Assembly (NCBI RefSeq): GCF_006345805.1 | Contig: NC_043004.1 | Coordinates: 51,336,001 to 51,400,000 of the forward strand | DNA: 64,000 bases | Source of the DNA: Octopus sinensis | Taxonomy: Eukaryota | Direction: 5' to 3' | In this document: one piece after another, positions 22,368 through 34,710 of the stretch | Position numbering within the stretch: position 1 is the stretch's first letter | Layout: the number at the start of each line of letters is the position of its first letter | Program-made: the position numbers and the translations under genes | The notes under the pieces: model-generated | Seen by the model: only the letters and a program-made list of their open reading frames with translations | The model's database searches: none | Told to the model about the DNA's origin: nothing

Positions 22368-24177
22368 AGTGCTTCTTTGGTGTGTGATCTACAAGGGAGA
22401 CTATTTTAGGTTACTTTTTAGTTTAATTTACAATTTCTAAAAGGTGTCAGCTAAAGATTTTTACAATGTGATCAGCGACGAGACGAAGGCAGTTGCATTT
22501 TTTCAAAGAATGCTGAAGGCAGTTGCATTTTTACAAGAAACCAGCACTAAATTCACATCATTTCTTAAGTAAACGAAACGTGCCACTTTACTGTGTGATC
22601 TACAATTCAAAGAGAGGTTACTTTAGGTTACATTTTAGTTTACTTTGTATTAGTGATACTTTCTGTGTGATCTACGTGAGCAAATTTGCTTTGGTGGGTG
22701 ATCTACGCAATTATTTTAATTATTATATGGTTTTCTTCTTATTAAAATAGTAAGAATTTTGAAAAAATACATTTGCAATGCTAAGTATGTACAAAATAGG
22801 ATCTAGTCTTTCTCATTGGCAAAATGAGCCTCACTTAATTTTGCTCAGATTGCTTTCAATGTGTATCGATGCAACTCTGAATTTTGATTACGATCAACCA
22901 ATTACTTTATCTCGGAAATTAAAGAATCTGATGCTATTTGGAATTAAAGTTGGGAAATTTGGGTAATTTTAGCCAATCAACAGACAGTGTGGCATTAGCA
23001 GCTTGTTACCATGACAACCACACGCTGTGTTGTGGTTCATTGTTGTCTGTGTCGCTGTTGTCTAAGTTGATTTTACACACTTAACTTTTCAAAACACCAT
23101 GACATTCTTTTCACCCGCGTGTTTTGTTTTAATTTTTCTGTGTTAGTATATTACATATTTTTCTGTGCTTTTTTTTATCTGTGTTAGTATTTTTACATAT
23201 TTTTTATTTCATATATTTTTAGGACTCAGATAGTTGGATTTATGAATTCTCTGGGTTAATTCTGTTCATAAAAATTTTAATTAGGAGTACTTAAACCGTT
23301 AGCTTCACATTTCAACAGCTTAACTGAAATTTAGCCCACGTAACAGGAACTGAGAGGGATATCGTGGAACAGAAAAACTGTGGGTGATACAGATAATTTG
23401 ACATTATTTTTGAATTCTGCATGCAAAAACGTGTAAGATACAGGTATTCTTTTCCTTGGGACAAATTCTTTGTTGACCAGTGTATTCTTATCGTAGTTTA
23501 CAAATCCAATCTTGAAAACACTACTTAACTTTGGAGTTTTGGAGATAGACGGCCCCTTCACACTCACTCACACTCGCACACGCACATGAATGCATAAATG
23601 TATATATAAACTTACATATGAATACATACTCCACATGCACTTAAATATTAATGATGTACACAAATACATGACAGGTATACATAATACTGAAGTACGCATA
23701 AAGTAAACATATGCAGACAAATATATTAATATAACAAATTTTAAAAAATAATAATACCATACAATCAATGAAGAGACAAAAGAAACAGTAAAATGATACA
23801 TGTTGATTTTATTAGGTATTTCTGTTTATTTAGAAACCTGCAATGAACAGGTCAGACGCTAAACTCTAAATTTCACAGGGTACAACTTTAAAGTTGACAC
23901 CGCTCCGCTAAACGCTGAAATTTTCTGTCTCGCTTTTGGCTAAAAAAAAATACATAGTTTTTTCGATTTTTAACCTTTGTGACTTTTTTCTCCAATTTTT
24001 TTTCACCACAACATCATGCCTTCAAAGCTATGTGACTGGAAGGCTACATTATCATAGCCGATTTTCAGATTTTTTACTGTCTTTTAAAAAATGCATATTT
24101 TGCGAACGAAAAAAACTAGATGCACAAAATAATTTTAAAAATAATCTCCCTTGTAGATCACACGCCAAAGGAGCGCC
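22368..24177. mobile_element. Non-autonomous DNA transposon, ~35-bp TIR, 8-9-bp TSD
   Basis: TIR ...ctttggtgtgtgatctacaagggaga / tctcccttgtagatcacacgccaaag...; TSD GATATGAG(A) at 22360 and 24178; subterminal gtgatctac repeats. Confidence 0.7.
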
Positions 24178-24454
24178 GATATGAGACCCAGGGAAAAAGA
24201 ATTTTCTCTAATGCTTCGATTATGCCTTACCTAATACAACAGTTCCAAACTTTTCCGTTTGAAAATGTCTGACTATTCACAAAAGCGTAGCGGGAATATT
24301 CACCAATCACCCCGATGTCGTGATTCGCTAAAATATTACCCATGTGATCGACAAAATCTTACCAATCTTGACTTCGCATGAAATAGGCTCCAGCAATGAT
24401 TTCATTTCTTGGCGCGCTTTTTTCCTGATCCTAACTTTCAAGTATAAATTCAGT

Positions 24455-25154
24455 ACGCCAGGGAAAATAACCCATTCGCCCCTGGAAGGGATCCATACAT
24501 ATATAGCCAAGGGAAATAACCCATTCATTTCCTAAATTATTTGATAAAAATGAAATTGAGTATGCTTATTTCTTAGTATCTGAACTGTTAGAATTATTTT
24601 CGCAATTTATCCAGTACAACCCTTAAACAAGTGAATAGTATTTTCCTAAGCAATAGATCCACTTATTTCAGTTACTGACTTATTCACGAATATACCAACA
24701 CTAGTGCCCTTGATGCTAATATTCTCTGGGAACGCACAAAAACCCTTTCCTGAGTTATTTACTTTGAATTGTTATTATCTAATATCTGATTAGCCTGTTA
24801 TTACGCAACATGCTTCACGATTTTAGTATACATATCTTATTAGTATTACCTACTATGTTCTATATACTCAGGGAATGCATTAAAGCCTTTTTCGGGGCTA
24901 CTTTATTTGAATTCTTACTATCGGGTAACTAATTTCATGTTATTACATCACTGACTTCACACTTTGGGTATTCATAACTCATTGGGAATTCTTAAAAACA
25001 AGATCCTGTGTAAGACAATTCTCTGTAAATGCACAAAACCCGTTTTAAGGGCTACATACTTTTTATTGTTGTTATTGGATTAGCGAAACAATTATGAGAA
25101 CGGAACCAAGGGATAAGCCCTGCTTTCCCAGGAATTACCGTATACGTCAGCTAG
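24455..25154 (+). mobile_element. Helitron-like element (family H1)
   Basis: Reverse-complement homologue of 259-900; ends CTAG|T at 25151-25155. Confidence 0.6.
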
Positions 25155-25217
25155 TGGCCTGTCTATCTGTCTGTCTACATGTATGTACGTACGTACGTAC
25201 ATACATACATACATACA

Positions 25218-25250
<33 letters not shown>

Positions 25251-25399
25251 GGTGGCTGCCCCCTCGTTATCGAGTATGGCCTTTGCACGAAGCTTAATCA
25301 ATGTTGTTATCGTGCAATGCCTGTGCAAGAAGATTTTTTTTTTAAGTGAGGAAAGGCTGTGCACTGAGTCAATCCCACTCACTAAGCAACAGCAGCCAT

Positions 25400-25690
25400 A
25401 ATCCGAAAAGAAGAACAAGTCAACATCATCGGTAACTACCGAGCCGCAGGTTTTATGTCGGAGTTATCCCAGTTTCCTGAGTTACCTTCTCCTAGAAGGA
25501 TGCATGGTCAGGTCGTTGGCGACTAAACCGGCAACCCCACCAAGCTTGCTTGGTGTGGAGGGTGTCTATTGGACACCCTGCGGGATGAAAAACAAAAACC
25601 CGTCAAAGGGCGGAGGAACTCTTGAGAGTCAACGGCCATCCAATAAATGCCTTAAGGCTGTATCATGCGCGGGGACATAGAAATAATCGG
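25400..25690 (+). mobile_element. Possible RTE-type LINE 5' region fragment
   Basis: gtcgttggcgactaaaccggcaacc...gagagtcaacggccatcc resembles RTE 5' regions (from memory); ends in (CATA)n. Confidence 0.3.
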
Positions 25691-26319
25691 ACATACATAC
25701 ATACATACATACATACATACATACATACATACATACATACATACATACATACATACATACATACATACATACATTATATATATATTTTTACCTTTTGCCA
25801 GGAAAAGGCTGACAACTGACGTCAAAGTTTTGGGCTTCCTCGCCATTTATCAGACTACAAGGAAGCTGAAATTTCGTTGCCATTGTCGATCGATCATTTC
25901 CTTTGGGAAAATTCATAAATTTCTACTCGACTAAAAGATATTGAGTACAAACACTTTTTAAGTATGCTTCTCTATTTAAGTCGATAGGCTGAGGGGCGCG
26001 AGAGATTTGACTGATATTTCTAGCAAATTGCAACAACCGCATAGAGTGGCTGTATCTCTCGTTAGCTCATAGCGTTGAATAAGTTTCATAACGAAATAAA
26101 ACGACAGTTCGGATTAAGTTAGACATAGTTAACATCTATATAGGGCAGTATTAGTCCATAAAGTGGGTTATATGCTTGTGCAAGGTGGGGAAGGAGTAAA
26201 TTCTAACGTTAGAAGCAGCGATGGTTCCTAGGAGAGGGGAAACATACTGGGTTACAGTTGCGAGAGACATTTTGGTAAATACAGACAAGAATAGACATTG
26301 AAACAAACCCGTATATGCG

Positions 26320-26660
26320 TACATACATACACACATACATATATACATACACACACATACATACATATATAAATATACACACACACATACATACATACAT
26401 ACATACATACATACATACATACATACATGCATACATACATACATACATACATACGTACATACACACACATACATACATACAAACATTCGTACATACATAC
26501 ATACATCATACATACATACATACATACATACATACATACATACATACATACATACATACATACATACATACATACGTACGTACATACATACATACATATA
26601 TACATACGTACGTACATACATATACACACACATACATACATACATACAAACATTGGTACA

Positions 26661-26692
<32 letters not shown>

Positions 26693-26705
26693 CATACATA
26701 CATAA
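26320..26705 (+). repeat. Long imperfect (CATA)n microsatellite
   Basis: Read directly; source of the YIHT/MYVC ORFs. Confidence 0.95.
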
Positions 26706-27127
26706 TACATGCAAGGGTATACGTGTGTGTGTGTGAAAGAAAAAAAGAGAGAGAACGAAAGAAAGATAGAGAGAAAGTAGATGAAAATACGTTGCCCTAC
26801 ATAATAAACTACAAACTCAACCACCCCTCGCTACAATAAACTCTACTATTTTACTGTTGCGTATATCTAAGATAATTATTCTCCAATTGATATCTATGTT
26901 GGTCGGTCATTTTAGTTTGTTCGTAGCGCCCCCTGCTAGCAATCTGAATGTCCTCGACACATTTTCCTTCGTGACCAAATTGTTAACCCGAAAAACAGAA
27001 AATGGATATTGGGACTTCGTTTAACATTTTCTAACAGCAATAGGTGCAAGCATGAGTGTGTGGCTGTGCGGTTTAAGCCGTTCGCTTCTCGAGTATGTGG
27101 TTTCGGGTTCAGTCCGAAGCTCGCAGC

Positions 27128-27859
27128 GGATCTTTTAAATCTGACCGACAGATTTTTTTATTAATTTTTTTTTAAACTAAACACTTTGAAACTTCGGATA
27201 CTGGTAGAATGTGTCACATAGAACAGGGTATACTGTTAACGTTTTTGACAAAAACTTTGTGTTTTAGAAGTTATTTCGTATTAAAGTTGTCGTATTTGGG
27301 TAATTTTAGCCAATCAATGACATCTCTTCAACTGAAGAAAATTACTACTACTGCGAACAACTTCCGGGCCCACTCCCCTAACAAAACCCTTCTTTAATAA
27401 ACAGATATGTCTTTATAGCAACATCGGTTTGTTGTATCAGGGTTGGTTTGAGACTAAATAACAACAAAATTATTACTGAGACTGAGACAGACCAATGTCG
27501 GAGCCTGTATGTGGTTGTTATTTAGCCTCAAACCAACCCTGATACAGCAAACCTATGCTGCTATAAAGATATCTCTGTTTATTAAAGAAGAGTTTTGTTA
27601 GGGGAGTAGACCCGGAAGTTGTTGTTCAGAAACAGCAGCAGTAATTTTCTTCAGCTGAATACATGTCATTGATTGGTTAAAATTATCCAAATACAACAGC
27701 TTTAACACGAAATAACTTCTAAAACACAAAATTTTCTCAAAAACATTAACAGCAAACCCTGTTCTATGTGACACATTCTACCAGCATCCGAAGTTTCAAA
27801 GTGTTTAGTTAAAAAAAAAATTAATTAAAAAAATCTGTCGGTCAGATTTAAAAGATTCC
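27128..27859. mobile_element. Near-palindromic MITE related to the 14988 element
   Basis: Ends GGATCTTTT / AAAAGATTCC; arms reverse-complementary over ~340 bp; shares atactggtagaatgtgt and ccaatcaat words with 14988-16316; no TSD found. Confidence 0.75.
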
Positions 27860-28323
27860 AAACCGCTACACTGGACCAATTATCTTATACTATAGTTTTC
27901 GGCAAACTAATGCGACTTGTGAGTAAATTTGTTAAATGGAAACTGTGATGTAAAGGTAAGAACACAGGTGCAAAATAAACTGGAGGAAAATGCAATTCTA
28001 TTAAAACCGATAAAAAAACGACTTTAATAAACTAGTACACACACACACACACACATATATATATACACACACATACATTAACATTAATAATAATAAAGAG
28101 TACGGAGACTCCATCTCTTTATTATTAATATATACCCCAGACAATTTTTACTGACCAGTGAAGCATACACGGAATTACCCATCGCAAGAATTCACCGAGT
28201 GACTAATAACTAAATATAGACACAGATCTTGGATACTGATCGTTGTGGTTATTCGTTAACTGGAACACTTAACTGAGCGCTAATACGGTATCCGCCCGGA
28301 TAATATATCCTACCAAACTCACT

Positions 28324-28358
<35 letters not shown>

Positions 28359-28363
28359 TATAA

Positions 28364-28407
<44 letters not shown>

Positions 28408-28802
28408 ATTTAGGAAAGGTCAGTTTGCCAGTTTAGCCAATAAAAACACACGCACTATATATTTGGTGTTACTTTGCTTCAGTGTTATTTATTTTTTACA
28501 TTAACCTTAATCTCATTTCGGCCAGTTCTTTCGTCACACTCCTGTAGCCTCATCAGTGATCCTTTGCTTTCTTCTTTCTTATTTGTGTGTCTCTCCTTAC
28601 TAACGGTCATTCATTTTGTATTTTGTATTTCTATTGTATGTGTCTTCATTTGAGCATGCGTATACCTCTGTGTGTCTATGTTTAGTTAGTGTGTGTGTGT
28701 GTGGGGGGGAGTGCCTGTAATATTGGTATCTCCTGTTTCTATACGTTCGTGTAATTTGTTTTTGTTTTTGTTTATTTATATTTTGTACGTGTTTACACCT
28801 AC

Positions 28803-28847
<45 letters not shown>

Positions 28848-28855
28848 TATTATTC

Positions 28856-30270
28856 TATGTTTGACTTTTGCTTTATATTTGTACAAGTTGGCTCCAAGTC
28901 TCACCCAGAGACCTCAAGAGACAACAGGGTTGGAAGTTCATGTTGTTGTTATGCCTAGTGTGCCATATATTTGGGGGGTGGGGATGTTGTACTAATGAAT
29001 GTCTAAAAAAAAAAATAAGTTTTTTTTTTTTTTTTTTTTTAAACCGAAAATTATGGTTGTTTTAAACCTTGAGGTTACATAGAGAGTATTTTGCGTAGGA
29101 TATGAGCAGTTCCCATGAGCACTATCTTTTGAACTTCTGCCATTTTTGGGTTTCCTGGTATCTGAGTTAGGTAGCTATCAGCCCCTTTTGCTATCATTCC
29201 CAGGGCACCTATGACAACAGGTCAATACCTGTTGTCATAGTCTTCAGCTTCCACATTTTGCTGATTTCTATTTCAAGATCTTTATATTTGCTCAGTTTTT
29301 GGTAGGTCCTGACAGATACGTTTATATCGATTGGGACAGTCATATCAATGAGGAGGCATGTTCTTTGTTTGAAGTCTTTCAATATGATGTCTGGCCTATT
29401 TGCATCTATCTTCCTGTCAGTTTGAATGGTGAAGTTCCAGAGGAGTGAGATGTGGTCATTTTCAAGCACTGGGGGTGGTTTGTGTTCCCACCAGTTTTTT
29501 CATGGGGCAAATCCAGGTTTTTACAGATTACCCAGTGAATATATTGTGCAGCTCTATCGTGCCTGTTGAGATACTCTGTAGGCGCTAGAAGACTGCACTT
29601 GGAGACCACATGGTCAATGGTTTCATTTTGTTGCTTGCATACACGACACGTTGGACTGCTTCTGATCTTTAATATGTTGGCCTGGTAGTTTCTTGTTGGT
29701 AGGCATTGATCTTGAGCTGCTATGATAAACCCCTCTGTTTCAGATTTTAAGCCAGAGGCCATTAGCCATTGATGGGTCAGGGCTTTGTCGATATCTGCAT
29801 TATTCGCTCTCTTTGGTATTTGCCATAGAGAGGTTTTTCTTGCCATTTATTATTCAGAATATCTAAGGCCGCAGTTTTGGCACGGGTTTTCATGCGCCTA
29901 GCTTTTTCTGTGCTTGTTTCTTGTATGTCTATCTCTAATTCCGAAATTGGTTGTATTCGGAATTCACTTAGATATTCCTTTGCCTGTTTTGTGACTGAGT
30001 ATGATGCTTTCTTGTTTTCATGTTTTGAGACAAGTTTTAACATCCAGTCCTCAGAGTTTTTCAGGTAGGTGTCTAGGCCAATTGTAGCAATCTTCATTGT
30101 TATTGCCAGTTGCAAAAGACCACGGCCTCCCTCTTTTCTTGGCAGATAGAGTCGTTCTGTATCTGCCTTAGGGTGGTGCATTCTATGCATTGTCAACAGT
30201 TTCCTTATTTTTCTGTCGAGCTGACATATTTCAGTAATTGACCAGTTAACAATATTGAAACTAATATTGA
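28856..30270 (-). mobile_element. 5'-truncated, frameshifted Dong/R4-clade LINE (RT thumb, CCHC knuckle, restriction-like endonuclease)
   Basis: HPKADTERLYLPRKEGGRGL, AAQDQ, CRVC...HVVSKC, RHD, RPDII...D, KLSKYKDL and GTAHILRK motifs; flanked by (TAA)n at 28803-28855 and 30272-30372. Confidence 0.9.
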
Positions 30271-30311
30271 ATATTATTATTATTATTATTATATTATTAT
30301 TATTATTATTA

Positions 30312-30353
<42 letters not shown>

Positions 30354-30511
30354 CATCATTATTATTATTATTATGTATGTATATTATATATTTTTTAAAT
30401 ATTTTTTATATATATATTTTTTATATATTTTAATATTTTTTATATTTTTTATATTTTATATTTTATATATATATATATTTTTGAACTCATCTTTGTTTAT
30501 CGCTCGAAAAT

Positions 30512-30614
30512 TGGCCGTTATTTCTAAAGGGCCAATCAAACAAGTCCATTTTTTAAAGGTGTATGGCCGTTATTTGTAAAGGGCCAATCAAACAAGTCCA
30601 TTTTTAAAGGTGTA
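30512..30614 (+). repeat. Two-copy 52-bp tandem repeat
   Basis: tggccgttattt(c/g)taaagggccaatcaaacaagtccatttt(t)taaaggtgta occurs twice. Confidence 0.9.
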
Positions 30615-30667
30615 GCGTTTGTAATAGTCTGGATAGAATTCACATATCGGTTCCATTCTAGCAAAAA

Positions 30668-30705
30668 CTGTCCGATGAACGGCAACGGGAAACTCAGAGT
30701 AACAG
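30668..30705 (+). ncRNA. Minimal type I hammerhead ribozyme motif (Penelope-type)
   Basis: CTGT-CCGATGA-ACG-GCAA-CGG-GAAA-CTC-A-GAG-TA-ACAG; this copy has U4C; a second copy is at 33960-33996. Confidence 0.55.
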
Positions 30706-30886
30706 GTTTTGTTGAATTTTCTGCTACTTTAAATAAAGCATATTACTCTACCACTGGTATTTGAGTTGATGAGGCCTGGGCCAAAGAGGAAATCACAGGT
30801 GTAACCTCAGAATGGCTCCTTTCATACTAGCCATTCTTGCAACATGTATCCACCTTTCAACAAACTAGCATTTATGTGTTTACTCC

Positions 30887-30934
<48 letters not shown>

Positions 30935-30936
<2 letters not shown>

Positions 30937-31457
30937 CAGTACAGTACTGTTTCTACTTCGCGAATATTCACCTATCGCGGTGGGTTTGGAACGTAACACC
31001 CGCAATAGTGAAGGGATTACTGTACAGATCACAACCATCTCATGAACCTACGTTCACAAGGAGTGCTTCGCTCTCCGATGGTCGTGAAAAAAAAATCGCA
31101 AATAACTGTACATAGTATATACTCTTATGCCATGAGGAAAAATGTACAATTTTGAAAAATATTGTACACTAGTTGATATAGAAAGTTAGCACAAATTAGC
31201 ATAAGTTACTCAGAGACGTCATCGACTTGAAAGTCAATATCCAAATTAGTGTTACTATATTTAATTATTTCTAACAAAGGTATACATATGAGGTAGAGTA
31301 CTGGTAGATTAAGTCGCCGCTAATACTCAATCAGAAATAATTTTATCAATCTCGGAAGGAGGAAAAGCAAAGTCAGCCTGATTGCACATCGACCCGTCAG
31401 ACATAGATATCTATTCTACTATAATAATCAATAATCTTTATAGCTTTAAAAAAAAAA
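30935..31457 (+). repeat. ~525-bp segment duplicated at 56125-56649; includes a Tigger/pogo-like terminal fragment (~30945-31023, -)
   Basis: Near-identical copies (about seven substitutions seen), bounded by (TA)n and poly(A). Confidence 0.9.
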
Positions 31458-31459
31458 TT
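31448..31459 (-). terminator. Pol III oligo-T terminator of tRNA-Ile
   Basis: A run of about ten T on the minus strand starts a few nt after the discriminator base. Confidence 0.8.
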
Positions 31460-31464
31460 GCCAC

Positions 31465-31538
31465 TGGCCAGTATGGGGCTCGAACCCACGACATTCGCGT
31501 TATTAGCACGACGCTCTAACCAACTGAGCTAACCGGCC
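31465..31538 (-). tRNA. tRNA-Ile-AAT: tRNA-Ile, anticodon AAT
   Basis: GGCCGGTTAGCTCAGTTGGTTAGAGCGTCGTGCTAATAACGCGAATGTCGTGGGTTCGAGCCCCATACTGGCCA: all four stems pair, A and B boxes are intact, and it closely matches eukaryotic Ile-AAT tRNAs. Confidence 0.95.
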
Positions 31539-32094
31539 AACGAGGACTTGTTTCTTCATATTTATTAATGAGGCAGTGACAGTAATAAGCTGTTTTATTT
31601 TAGAATTGACTTCTGTTGATTCCATTTACACGCCATCTGTATTGACAGCAACATCAATATACAGTCCTAACAGAGATCTTTTACATTGTCGCGCGATCTG
31701 CTATAAATAACAGCCTAATTTCCCTTAAATCACACCCTATTGCCTTTAGAAACTGGACAACTGTATTTGCAGATATAGAAGGAAAAGAAAAAACAGTATG
31801 GTCGCAGCTGGGATATCTTTGGTCATAGACCTACTCAATTAGGAACAACCTGGGGTTGGTTAAACGACAGCAACATCAAAACCAATGTAGGTGTCGACCT
31901 GTGATTAAGAAAGAATACACTGGATAATGCACAGCAATCTTTCGGTAAAAGTCTACGACGTCATGCGAGAGCGACCTTATCTTTCAATATGCTCGACAGA
32001 ACTGAACACTCACTCATAATTGACGTCATGTACTAATATCGAAACATTGCCTTTAGGTTTGGTAGATCAGAGCTGACTTGAAATTAAATATATT

Positions 32095-32315
32095 TCTTTA
32101 CTGCCCACAAGGGACTAAACATAGAGGGGACAAACAAAGACAGACAAAGGGATTAAGTCAACTACATCGACCCCAATGCGCAACTTGTACTTTATTTATC
32201 GACCCCGAAAGGATGAAAAGCAAAGTCGGCCTCGGCGGAATTTGAACTCAGAACGTAGCGACAGACGAAATACTGCTGAGCATTTCGCCCGGCGTGCTAA
32301 CGTTTCTGCCAGCTC
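32095..32315 (-). mobile_element. SINE family B
   Basis: Reverse complement of the family B consensus. Confidence 0.85.
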
Positions 32316-32559
32316 GAACCATAACAGGAGAACGAGAAACAAGGGGGCTTCTACAAGGTCCTTCCACATGCTAGAAAAAGCAGCCTAATTTCACTCCAAT
32401 CACACTTTACCGTTTTAAATGAGGGCTCGTTGAAAAATGCATCCCCTAGACTATTAAGAGACGGAATGGTCACAGTTAGAAAGCTTTTAATAGATCTGTT
32501 TGATTAGGCTAGGGCTTAACACCAACTTAGCCAGGGAAGTTTTACAGACTGGGAAATAA

Positions 32560-32856
32560 AAACGAAAAAAGAGGAAGAGAAACTGTGTGCGTACGCGCGC
32601 GGGTGTGTGACAGAGATAGAGAAAGAGAAAGAGAAGACAGTATGAGGGTGGGAAACAGAGAGTGAGAGAAAGGGAAATACAGCGTGTGTGTGTGAAAGAG
32701 AGAGATAGGGAAAAAGAAAGACAAAGAAAAGGAGAAAGGAATTAGTGTGAGTGAGAGAGAGAAAGAAAAAGAGGAGGCAAATTGAGTGCATATGTGAGAG
32801 AAAGGAGAGAATAATTGATAAGGAAATAAGAGTGTGTGAGACAAAGAGTGAACAAT

Positions 32857-32893
<37 letters not shown>

Positions 32894-33047
32894 AAGAGAG
32901 ACAGTATTAGTGAGAGAGAAAATACAAGAGAATGTGAGAGAGAGAGAAAGGTAGAGACTGTATGTGACAAAGAGAGATAGAGTAAGGGAAATAGAGTGAT
33001 AAAGTGTGTGTGAGAGAGAGGGAGACAATGAAACAGAGAAAGAGTGT

Positions 33048-33134
<87 letters not shown>

Positions 33135-33360
33135 ACACGCACAAAAAGATAACGGAGAGCAAGATAGAGAGACTGATGAAAAATTCACGAGTAACAAGAC
33201 GAAAGAAAGAGAGAGACAACATAAAAAGAGAGTGAAAACGGAAAGGCGTAAAGGTAGAAAGATAGAAGAAAACGAGAGAGAGAGAGAGAGAGAGAGAGAA
33301 ACAGAGACAAGAGAAGTAGAGAGAGGAAGAGAGAAAAAGAGAAAGAGTATGAGAGAGATG
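32560..33360 (+). repeat. GA-rich purine tract with embedded (TA)n(TG)n
   Basis: Read directly. Confidence 0.85.
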
Positions 33361-33804
33361 GTGCAGTAAACTCCCGCCATTTCTACAAGACTGTTGGTCG
33401 CCACCGTATCATCAACCGTCTGATTAACTCCTATATATAGAAGTAATAACAATTGACAAATAAGGAAGTACCTAGGTGGTCACTGGAATTGCTAGAAATA
33501 ACCAAATCCCTACCAAATAAAACCAATAAAAACAAGAAAGAAAATCACTTTGGATTATGCAATTCCGGATATAGGATTATTGATACATTTTATTTCTGCT
33601 GGAAAAGATGGACTAGTCACGACTGGAACGCTTTTGGTAACCACTCAGCTCGTTCTTGGCTGTTATGGGGATGAAGTTTGTTACTACGATGAAAACTTGA
33701 TACCTACAATTAGTATACACACACGCACACACACATACACACACACATATATATATATGCGCGCGTGTGCGTGCGTGTGTGTGTGCGTGTGTGTGTGTGT
33801 GTGT

Positions 33805-33839
<35 letters not shown>

Positions 33840-33959
33840 GTACATGTATACGTGTCTATAAATATACACAAACACGCAACATATATTCAGGCATATATAT
33901 ATATTTTTATATACATATATATATATACTTATTTAAAGCAGCAGAAAATTCAACAAAAT

Positions 33960-33996
33960 CTGTACTCTGAGTTTCTCGTTGCCGTTCATCAGACAG
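33960..33996 (-). ncRNA. Minimal hammerhead motif, second copy
   Basis: CTGT-CTGATGA-ACG-GCAA-CGA-GAAA-CTC-A-GAG-TA-CAG; core intact, but one base is missing after the cleavage site. Confidence 0.45.
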
Positions 33997-33998
33997 TT

Positions 33999-34066
<68 letters not shown>

Positions 34067-34415
34067 ATATATATATTATATATACCCGAATATATGTTGC
34101 GTGTTTTGTGTATGTATATATGTATATATGTTCAAATTCATGGAAAAAGAGAAGACGAAGACAGGTGTAGGAAGAACGAGTAAGGTTATTAGTGTGTGTG
34201 TGTGTGTGTGAGAGATAGTAGTATGTATCTGTATGTATGTGTGTACATTTATATATAATATATATATATGTATATATAGATATATATATATGCGTAGGAA
34301 TAATGTGTACGTGTATGAAGACATGTACATTTATAGGCGTGTGGGGATATGTGTGTCTGTATAGAAGTCTGTGTTTTTATGTACAAATATATATATATAT
34401 ATACATAAATATATA

Positions 34416-34545
<130 letters not shown>

Positions 34546-34679
34546 CTCATACATATATACATAATGCAGGCATAATTCGCTAAAAACAACACGGGTTGTA
34601 TGTGTACCGCGAGAGAGAGAGAGAGAAAGAAAGGCATAGAGTGAGAGAGAGAGAAAGAAAGGAATAGAGTGAGAGAGAG

Positions 34680-34710
<31 letters not shown>

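Noticed and set aside
26151-26839. Long ORFs of 92-190 aa (MYVC/YIHT repeats); likewise 32516-33452, 46116-46627 and 60875-61333
   Set aside because: They are translations of stop-free (CATA)n, (TA)n, (CA)n and (GA)n microsatellites, open in several frames on both strands.
28516-28557. CTGATGA-GGCTA...TGGCC-GAAA hammerhead core on the minus strand
   Set aside because: Stem II is present but I could not find stems I and III or a cleavage triplet; at best a decayed copy.
30512-30614. CRISPR-like repeat
   Set aside because: Two abutting 52-bp units with no spacer, in eukaryotic context with no cas genes.
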